A DNA stretch of 5,264 bases from a virus (Duplodnaviria; Heunggongvirae; Uroviricota; Caudoviricetes): IMG/VR virus record IMGVR_UViG_2703718816_000004. The stretch is one strand, 5' to 3'. Within the stretch, counting starts at the first letter, position 1. Each line of letters begins with the position of its first letter. The notes beneath the pieces were generated by a model. The model searched no databases. It was not told the DNA's origin and was given only the letters and a program-made list of their open reading frames with translations. Below are positions 1 through 5,264 of the stretch, in pieces. The position numbers and the translations under genes were made by a program.

Positions 1-355
1 CACCCGCCATCGCATACGCGCTGAACCATTCATTCACGCGCACAGACGGCCCCGCCATCACGCTGAACCAGCGGTTACGAATGGAATCTTCATGCCAGCG
101 GGTATCGCTGTAACGGGTCAGCTGGCGATTCTTGTCTCCTGCATAGCTGAATGACGTCACCAGCCCCAGCGTGTCCGTAAATTCATAGCGGTATTTCACG
201 TTGAATCCGGTTAAATCATCACTGCCGGACATATCAGAATGAGTATGAAGATACCCGGCACTCAGTGTGGAGGGATGTTCTGCTGCACCTGCGGGCGCAC
301 CCGCAGCAACCAGCCAGACGACTGCAGACAAAATAACAGCACATAATTTACGCAT
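1..355 (-). CDS. lom: Lom/Ail-family outer membrane protein, 5' partial (N-terminal about 118 codons; gene continues beyond window start)
   Basis: Hand translation of the minus strand from ATG at 355..353 gives MRKLCAVILSAVVWLVAAGAPAGAAEHPSTLSAGYLHTHSDMSGSDDLTGFNVKYRYEFTDTLGLVTSFSYAGDKNRQLTRYSDTRWHEDSIRNRWFSVMAGPSVRVNEWFSAYAMAG, open to the window edge. It has a signal-peptide-like N-terminus and closely matches my recollection of lambda Lom. SD GAGAGG lies about 6 nt upstream (plus 361..366 reverse complement). It is absent from the ORF track only because no stop codon falls inside the window. Position immediately downstream of J matches lambda gene order. Confidence 0.85.
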   Translation of the reverse strand, partial: MRKLCAVILSAVVWLVAAGAPAGAAEHPSTLSAGYLHTHSDMSGSDDLTGFNVKYRYEFTDTLGLVTSFSYAGDKNRQLTRYSDTRWHEDSIRNRWFSVMAGPSVRVNEWFSAYAMAG

Positions 356-376
356 AATTACCTCTCGCTTTTCTGC

Positions 377-404
377 AATAAAAAAGGCACCATTTCTGGT
401 GCCC
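377..404 (-). terminator. Intrinsic (rho-independent) terminator-like hairpin between J and lom
   Basis: On the minus strand: GGGCACC-agaaat-GGUGCC followed by UUUUUUAUU. The 6-7 bp GC-rich stem is plus 386..391 pairing with 398..403; the U-tract corresponds to the plus-strand A-run 377..385. It lies 19 nt after the J stop codon. Confidence 0.6.
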
Positions 405-422
405 TTATATGGGTTATAAAAT

Positions 423-3400
423 TCAGCTGATACTGATGCCTGCGGTGGCTTTCTTCATCACCACAACCAGCAAATCGCTGATACTTGCTGTGGGATACCA
501 GTTATTCACCAGCCATGCTGACACCGAAAACTCCAGTGTCATGTGACCGTGACCGGCAGGCATATCAATAACGCCACTGTAAATCAGCGTATTATCCAGC
601 GCGGTACGGTTATAAATTTCAGCACCGTTTTTCCGCACTATCAGACGGCATGAGGAGTAAATATCAGTATGCTCTCTCTCATGCTTAGCGCCACTGAATG
701 CCACCGCCGGAATAACAATCTGCCGGTCAAACGGCTGATCGTCATAAACCCTGACGGTAATGGTCCCTGATGGCCACCGCTCCGGTGCCCGGGAGTCCCG
801 CGGGAAAGCCTTACCCACTGTTTTGACAATATCGCCTTCAATCTGGTTGGCTGACAGTTTCCCCTTAATCTGACAGTTCTCATTAATCGTGACGTTGTTG
901 AGCGTCCCTGAGTTCGCATTCACACTGCCACTGATATCCGCATTTTTAGCGGTCAGCTTTCCGTCCGGTGTCAGGGAAAATGCCGGAGGATTACCGCCGC
1001 TGGTAATGGTGGGGGCCGTCAGGCGTTTCAGGAACACGTCGTTCATGAATATCTGGTTGCCCTGCGCCACAAACATCGGCGTTTCATTCCCGTTTGCCGG
1101 GTCAATAAACGCGATACGGTTAGCGGCAACCAGAAACTGGCTCAGTTTACCGTCCTCCGTGTCCTCCATGCTGAGGCCAAGCCCGGCAACATAATGCTTA
1201 CCGTCTTCGGTCTGCTCAATTCTGACGCCCCACATGGCATTCCATTTATCGTTAGCGTCTTTCCACTCTTTCGAAAACTCATCCAGTCTGCTGGCGTTAT
1301 CTTCCGTCAGTTCAGCGTTTTCCAGCAGCTCTTTACCGAGATGTGTTTTATTAATCAGCCCTTTGTAAAAATTCAGGTAGCCTTCGGCATCATCGCTGGC
1401 CCGGCCGACGGCCTCCACAAATGCCGATTTGCCCACCAGGTTGACGCTGCGGATATAAAAATAATAATCATGGCCCGGCCTGATATTACTGGCGGCTGTC
1501 CAGTACAGCGCCGTGCCAAGATAGCGGGCGGAGGTTTCAACCTGCCTGATATCCGCAATCTGCTGTTCCGAAAACCAGAATTCAAACTGCACCGTCGGGT
1601 CATATACAGCCAGTTTCGGGACCGCCGTTATCTGAAAATACCCCGGTATCAGTTCAATGGTGGCGGGCGCTGCCGGGGCGTCAATCCGGAACGTGGTGGT
1701 GGCAGGTTCGCCCTGCTGGCCATAGCTGTTAATCGCCCTGACCGTCAGGGTGTATTCCCCGGGCGGCAGACCACTGAAACGGTGCGCCGTGTCTGCGGTG
1801 ATGGCGGTGGTCACCAGGCGGCTGTCATCCCCCCTTCCGCTGGTCAGACGCAGACTGAAGCGCACACCTTTCACCACCCGCGGCGTGTCCCATTTCGCCT
1901 GCGCCAGATACTGGCCGTCTGAGGCACTCACCTCCACCGCGAGGTGCTGCACTGCCGGTGGAATAACGCTGTTCAGGGTGCCGGACAGCGGCTCAAAGCT
2001 GGCCCCGTTATCCACGATGGCTTCTTTTTCCGGTACGTGCTGCACTGCCGTGATGGCAAAGGTGCCATCCGTGTTTTCCCGGATGGCGACACAGCGGAAC
2101 AGGCGACGTCGAAGACCGGGAATTTTCAGTCCCCACACACCGTATGTCGCCACGCCATCAGGCAGGGCACTGACCTGTATCCGGGCAGGGGCCGGTTGTG
2201 CCGTGATGTCCACACTCACCGGCTTACCGCTGCCGTTAATCAGGTTCACCGTCGAAGTACCTGTCTCCGGCAGTGTCACCTCACGGTCCAGCGTCAGTGT
2301 GCGGCTGGCGGCATCAATGGACAGGACACGTCCGCCGGTCAGGGTCCCGGCGTAGTCGTTATCACAGATTTCAATGATGTCTCCGGGCGTGTGCCGCAGC
2401 CCCTGTGACCCGAGCGTGAAATCCACCGTCTGCGTTTCCAGCAGTCCGGTCTTTATCACCCACAGTCCGGCACGGTGGGCCTGACCGCGGCTGGTACAGC
2501 CGAACGCGTCCATCTTCAGCAGGTTGCGTCCGTAGCGCAGTATGGCTTCCGGGTCTTCCACCAGTTCCGTGGAGGTCTGCCAGCCGTTCTGCGGGTCGGT
2601 GTAATTCACCTCCACCGCCGTGTGCCGGTCCTTCAGGGCACTGAAGCTGTAGCGGAACCCCACGCCGTTATCATCCACCACCACATCGCTGTTGGTGTAC
2701 GGCCACACCACATCCGACGGGCGGTCCTGAACGAACGTCAGCGTCTGGCCGTTCCATACCGGCATACAGCGCATCGCCGAGCAGAAATCGCTGAGCACAT
2801 CCCACGCCTTACGCTGCTGTGACAGGTACGCATTAAACGTCATCCGCGGCTCTGTCCCTCCGAAGCCGTCCGGAACACGCTGGTCACAGTACTGCCCGAT
2901 GGCATACAGCGCCCATTTGTCCACGTCCGCGGCCCCCAGACGTTTTCCCATCCCGTAGCGCGGGTGGGTCAGCATGTCCCACAGACACCAGGCCGGATTG
3001 TTGCTGTATGCCGGTTTCAGACTGCCGTCCCAGATACCGCTGTAAGTGCGTTTTTCCGGGTCGTAGTTTGACGGCACCTGGATGATGCGACCGCGGATAT
3101 GGTAGTTCACCGTCATCTGCTGCCCACCAAACTGCTCCGCATCCACCTGCAGTCCCACAATGGCCGTGTTCGGGTAGCACTGTTTCACATCGATGATTTC
3201 GGTGTATGACGACCACAGCGTTCTGTTCTGCAGCTGGTCCGTGGTGCTGTCCGCCGTCTCCCGGACCATCCGGATGTTAAAGGGACGAGGAGGCAGATTA
3301 TCCAGAATCACCGACGCCAGAAACTGCGAGGTGGTCTTGCCGTGAATGGTGACATCCTTTTCCGTCACCCAGTTACCGTTACGCTGTAACTGAATCAGCA

Positions 3401-3809
3401 GCCGGACAGAAGCCGGATTACGGTCACCCTGTGAAGTTGTCTGCACCAGTGACTGCACCCCGAAGGTGACCCGCAGGCGGTCAATGTTCGCGGACGTAAT
3501 GGTGCGCGTCACCGGCTTTGCCTTCGTTACCTCCACGCCCAGTGCAGTTTCAGCCCCGGAGGACTCAAAGCCTTCCGGTGGTGTCTGCTCCTGCTCCCCG
3601 GCTCGCCAGACCGCGGTCACACCGTGTATCACGGGATTACCGTCCGTGTCCGTCAGCGGGGTTTTGTTCACCAGGATACTCTGCAGTCCCTTCACCGGGC
3701 CTTCCACCGGTCCCTCTCCAATCGCATCAATCACGCTCATCATCTGCGTGGATTTGAGATTATCCTTTGCCTCAACCGGCGTGTGCCCCTTGCCGCCACC
3801 TTTGCCCAT
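423..3809 (-). CDS. J: Tail tip host-specificity protein J (central tail fibre), about 1128 aa
   Basis: Long minus-strand ORF. Translation from ATG at 3809..3807 begins [22 protein letters not shown] and is collinear along its length with my recollection of lambda gpJ. SD-like AAGGGTGAG sits 7 nt upstream of this ATG (plus 3815..3823 reverse complement). The ORF-track start at 3851 is an in-frame TTG extension that would run through the upstream hairpin, so the ATG at 3809 is preferred. Stop TGA at 425..423. Confidence 0.93.
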   Translation of the reverse strand: MGKGGGKGHTPVEAKDNLKSTQMMSVIDAIGEGPVEGPVKGLQSILVNKTPLTDTDGNPVIHGVTAVWRAGEQEQTPPEGFESSGAETALGVEVTKAKPVTRTITSANIDRLRVTFGVQSLVQTTSQGDRNPASVRLLIQLQRNGNWVTEKDVTIHGKTTSQFLASVILDNLPPRPFNIRMVRETADSTTDQLQNRTLWSSYTEIIDVKQCYPNTAIVGLQVDAEQFGGQQMTVNYHIRGRIIQVPSNYDPEKRTYSGIWDGSLKPAYSNNPAWCLWDMLTHPRYGMGKRLGAADVDKWALYAIGQYCDQRVPDGFGGTEPRMTFNAYLSQQRKAWDVLSDFCSAMRCMPVWNGQTLTFVQDRPSDVVWPYTNSDVVVDDNGVGFRYSFSALKDRHTAVEVNYTDPQNGWQTSTELVEDPEAILRYGRNLLKMDAFGCTSRGQAHRAGLWVIKTGLLETQTVDFTLGSQGLRHTPGDIIEICDNDYAGTLTGGRVLSIDAASRTLTLDREVTLPETGTSTVNLINGSGKPVSVDITAQPAPARIQVSALPDGVATYGVWGLKIPGLRRRLFRCVAIRENTDGTFAITAVQHVPEKEAIVDNGASFEPLSGTLNSVIPPAVQHLAVEVSASDGQYLAQAKWDTPRVVKGVRFSLRLTSGRGDDSRLVTTAITADTAHRFSGLPPGEYTLTVRAINSYGQQGEPATTTFRIDAPAAPATIELIPGYFQITAVPKLAVYDPTVQFEFWFSEQQIADIRQVETSARYLGTALYWTAASNIRPGHDYYFYIRSVNLVGKSAFVEAVGRASDDAEGYLNFYKGLINKTHLGKELLENAELTEDNASRLDEFSKEWKDANDKWNAMWGVRIEQTEDGKHYVAGLGLSMEDTEDGKLSQFLVAANRIAFIDPANGNETPMFVAQGNQIFMNDVFLKRLTAPTITSGGNPPAFSLTPDGKLTAKNADISGSVNANSGTLNNVTINENCQIKGKLSANQIEGDIVKTVGKAFPRDSRAPERWPSGTITVRVYDDQPFDRQIVIPAVAFSGAKHEREHTDIYSSCRLIVRKNGAEIYNRTALDNTLIYSGVIDMPAGHGHMTLEFSVSAWLVNNWYPTASISDLLVVVMKKATAGISIS

Positions 3810-3840
3810 TGTCTCACCCTTTACTGTGATAACTGTTACG

Positions 3841-3874
3841 CACAAAAACAACAGGCATCCCGGAGGATGCCTGT
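3841..3874 (-). terminator. Terminator-like hairpin immediately upstream of J (perfect 10-bp stem, 4-nt loop, U-rich tail on minus strand)
   Basis: Plus 3851..3860 ACAGGCATCC pairs perfectly with 3865..3874 GGATGCCTGT (loop CGGA). On the minus strand the hairpin is followed by UGUUUUUGUG (plus 3841..3850). It sits about 30 nt upstream of the J start codon on the same strand as J. Confidence 0.5.
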
Positions 3875-3891
3875 ATCATGACTGAATAAAA

Positions 3892-3916
3892 ATTCTGAAT
3901 TTCTTCACATTCTGAA
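3892..3916. repeat. Short direct repeats ATTCTGAA (x2) and CTGAA (x3) in the AT-rich I-J spacer
   Basis: ATTCTGAA at 3892..3899 and 3909..3916; CTGAA also at 3881..3885. They are flanked by an A8 run (3915..3922). Possible protein-binding or UP-element-like sequence; function unknown. Confidence 0.3.
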
Positions 3917-3927
3917 AAAAAAGACTG

Positions 3928-3956
3928 TTGCGCTGATAAATACGCTGCGTTACTTT
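3928..3956 (+). promoter_or_regulatory. Candidate sigma70-like promoter on plus strand (TTGCGC - 17 bp - TACTTT) in I-J spacer
   Basis: -35-like TTGCGC 3928..3933, 17-bp spacer, -10-like TACTTT 3951..3956 (T1, A2, T6 present), preceded by an A-tract at 3915..3922 resembling an UP element. It would initiate near 3963 and run into the plus-strand terminator at 4004..4045. Weak match; speculative. Confidence 0.2.
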
Positions 3957-4003
3957 TTAGTGCCTGAAAAATAACTCCATAACGTTAATCTTCATCGTTC
4001 TCT

Positions 4004-4045
4004 CCCGCAGCTCCGCGATCACTGCGGGATTTTTTTATTCTTTTT
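4004..4045 (+). terminator. Intrinsic terminator-like hairpin oriented for plus-strand transcripts, abutting the I stop codon
   Basis: Plus 4004..4010 CCCGCAG pairs with 4022..4028 CTGCGGG (11-nt loop), followed directly by ATTTTTTTATTCTTTTT (4029..4045). The T-tract is on the plus strand only; on the minus strand the hairpin is preceded by an A-tract and followed by non-U-rich sequence. Confidence 0.55.
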
Positions 4046-4724
4046 ACCCCTGCCGCCCGATAACCACGACCTTTCCGCCCCCGCCTTCATCACGGGTACT
4101 GATGTCCTGGGATATACGGCGGGAGCCAACCAGCATTTCCCCGTAAGGCACCGGCATCGGGTTCCCCTGGGCAATCATGTTATCCAGCGAGGAAAAGTAC
4201 GTGTTCTGTTTACCGTTATCCGTACTTTTGTACTCCGGCGTCTTTGCCTTCGGGGCCAGCATCTGGGCCACACCACCCAGTATCATGCTGGCCCCCAGTG
4301 AAAACAGCATCGTGGTGGCAGAAAAACCGCCGGCACTCAGGGCTGTACCCCATAACGCCATCGAGGCACCGGCAGTGAAGAAAGAGCCCACGATGGCTGC
4401 CGCCCCCAGCACAATCTGCAGTCCACCCTTTCCGGCCCCGGCCAGTCGCGGCACAATGTGGATGACCGTTCCCTCACCCAGCTGTTCGTGAAGACGGGCG
4501 TACACCGCCTCCGGTGCCGTGTCATAACCGGCAATACGTATCTGGTACCAGCCTTCGTTCATCTGACGGCGGAATCCGGGCACCTGTAACGACAGCGCCC
4601 GGATGGCTTCCGCTGCCGTGTTCACATACAGGCTGAGGCGGCGACCAAATCGTTGTAAATCCCCGTGAAGGCAGATGCGTGCCAGTGGCGGTGACGCCAG
4701 ACGGAATGCGTTCGTCGTTGCCAT
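4044..4724 (-). CDS. I: Tail tip assembly protein I (N-terminal ubiquitin-like domain, diglycine, Gly/Ala-rich hydrophobic C-terminal half), 226 aa
   Basis: Minus-strand ORF beginning MATTNAFRLASPPLARICLHGDLQRFGRRL, closely matching my recollection of lambda gpI. SD-like GGGAGAGG is upstream of the ATG at 4724..4722. Stop TAA at 4046..4044. Position between K and J matches lambda. Confidence 0.9.
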   Translation of the reverse strand: MATTNAFRLASPPLARICLHGDLQRFGRRLSLYVNTAAEAIRALSLQVPGFRRQMNEGWYQIRIAGYDTAPEAVYARLHEQLGEGTVIHIVPRLAGAGKGGLQIVLGAAAIVGSFFTAGASMALWGTALSAGGFSATTMLFSLGASMILGGVAQMLAPKAKTPEYKSTDNGKQNTYFSSLDNMIAQGNPMPVPYGEMLVGSRRISQDISTRDEGGGGKVVVIGRQG

Positions 4725-5264
4725 TTTTCAGAATACCTCTCCCGTTTACTCAGTTGCTCAGGTATATGATGAAGCAGTTCACCGTTGCCGCAGTAAATGG
4801 CAGCATGGTTGGGTACCGATGCGCCAAAGCAGCACAGCAGGATATCGCCTGCCTGTGCCGAGGACAGGGGCACCCGGTAAAAACCAGTGGCCTCCATATT
4901 GTCCAGATACAGGTTCTGGCCATTGCGCCACCACTCATCCTCGCGGTGAAAATCCGGCATCTCAATCCCCGCCAGATGGTATGCATCCCTGAACAGCGTG
5001 TAACAGTCCGTCACCCCGTGTTCAAAACGACGCCCGGTCAGGTGCGGCACACAGCGGAATTTATGAATGTCCCCCCGGCAGACCAGCCACCAGGGCAGGG
5101 CACTTTTTATCTGCAGCCGCCGGTCGGCCTCGCTCAGCCAGGGCAGGCCACCGGGATGGCTGTGGACCAGTGCCACAATCTCCCCCTGCATCTCTGCCCG
5201 CAGCCAGTCTTCCGGGGCAATACGAAAATACGCCTCCGGCTCTGCAGAGATATTCACGCACGGC
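4622..5264 (-). CDS. K: Tail tip assembly protein K (JAB/MPN metallopeptidase-like + NlpC/P60-like domains); start uncertain or 5' partial
   Basis: Minus-strand ORF open to the window edge. It contains the JAMM-type motif HSHPGGLPWLSEAD (HxHx7Sx2D, about 5164..5123) and an NlpC/P60-like Cys (GVTDCYTL, about 5005..5003) with downstream His residues (VPNHAAIY, LLHH). Stop TGA at 4624..4622. Candidate starts inside the window are GTG 5257 and ATG 5191; the frame remains open upstream to 5264, so the true start may lie outside the window. Confidence 0.88.
   Translation of the reverse strand, partial: PCVNISAEPEAYFRIAPEDWLRAEMQGEIVALVHSHPGGLPWLSEADRRLQIKSALPWWLVCRGDIHKFRCVPHLTGRRFEHGVTDCYTLFRDAYHLAGIEMPDFHREDEWWRNGQNLYLDNMEATGFYRVPLSSAQAGDILLCCFGASVPNHAAIYCGNGELLHHIPEQLSKRERYSEKWQRRTHSVWRHRHWHASAFTGIYNDLVAASACM

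Noticed and set aside
641-919. Minus-strand 92-aa ORF nested within J in another frame
   Set aside because: Fully contained in J in an alternative frame, Arg-rich, with no independent start signal. Overlapping-frame artefact.
889-2822. Plus-strand ORFs of 101 to 242 aa inside the J region (889..1194, 1194..1922, 1750..2355, 1944..2408, 2475..2822)
   Set aside because: They are all antisense to the confidently identified J coding frame. Their translations are low-complexity and Arg/Pro/Gly-rich, as expected from reading GC-rich coding DNA in the wrong frame. They have no plausible start context and no recognisable protein features.
2884-3216. Minus-strand 110-aa ORF nested within J in another frame
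   Set aside because: Same reasoning: alternative frame of the J coding region with a low-complexity translation.
3810-3851. ORF-track extension of J to a TTG start at 3851 ([14 protein letters not shown]...)
   Set aside because: The extension would run through the terminator-like hairpin and its U-tract and lacks an SD. The ATG at 3809 has a good SD (AAGGGTGAG) and matches the conserved gpJ N-terminus.
3466-3885. Plus-strand ORFs 3466..3885, 3518..3757 and 3624..3881 overlapping the J 5' end
   Set aside because: Antisense to the J N-terminal coding region, with Pro/Ser/Arg-rich low-complexity translations. They are by-products of J codon composition.
3877-3888. Plus-strand ATG at 3877 (ATG ACT GAA TAA)
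   Set aside because: Only three codons before the stop and no SD. Not a gene.
4177-4534. Plus-strand ORF 4177..4491 and minus-strand ORF 4337..4534 overlapping gene I
   Set aside because: Antisense or alternative-frame ORFs within the I coding region. I is supported by homology and the others have no supporting signals.
5189-5257. Assigning a definite start codon to K (GTG 5257 or ATG 5191)
   Set aside because: The frame is open to the window edge at 5264 and neither in-window candidate has a convincing SD. The position equivalent to the lambda start, as I recall it, is an Ile codon here (5221..5219), so the start cannot be fixed from this window.
4675-5261. ORFs 4675..4992 (+), 4750..4986 (-) and 5061..5261 (-) overlapping gene K
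   Set aside because: Antisense or alternative-frame ORFs within K. K carries clear JAB and NlpC/P60 motifs in its own frame.
1-5264. Scan for a CRISPR array, tRNA or rRNA genes, IS-element terminal inverted repeats, integrase or att-like repeats, and Chi sites (GCTGGTGG)
   Set aside because: No repeat-spacer periodicity, no cloverleaf-compatible segments, no long terminal inverted repeats and no exact Chi octamer on either strand were seen by eye. The window is fully accounted for by four phage genes plus short intergenic regions.

Overview
This window is a lambda-like (lambdoid) phage or prophage tail-tip module, with every gene on the minus strand in the canonical lambda order K - I - J - lom. 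It contains the 3' part of tail assembly gene K (4622..5264, start outside or near the window edge), tail assembly gene I (4044..4724, overlapping K by 103 nt in another frame), the complete host-specificity/central tail fibre gene J (423..3809, about 1128 aa), and the 5' part of the outer-membrane protein gene lom (1..355). I found no undescribed multi-gene system; the protein-coding content is a well-known structural module. The feature least explained by the genes is the AT-rich I-J spacer (about 234 bp), which holds two opposing terminator-like hairpins, short direct repeats, a possible plus-strand promoter and a 12-codon mini-ORF with a Shine-Dalgarno. The other point of interest is the J C-terminal receptor-binding region, which looks more diverged from lambda J than the rest of the protein. 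All homology statements rest on my recollection of the lambda proteins, not on a database search. Plus-strand ORFs in the track are antisense to these genes and are judged spurious.
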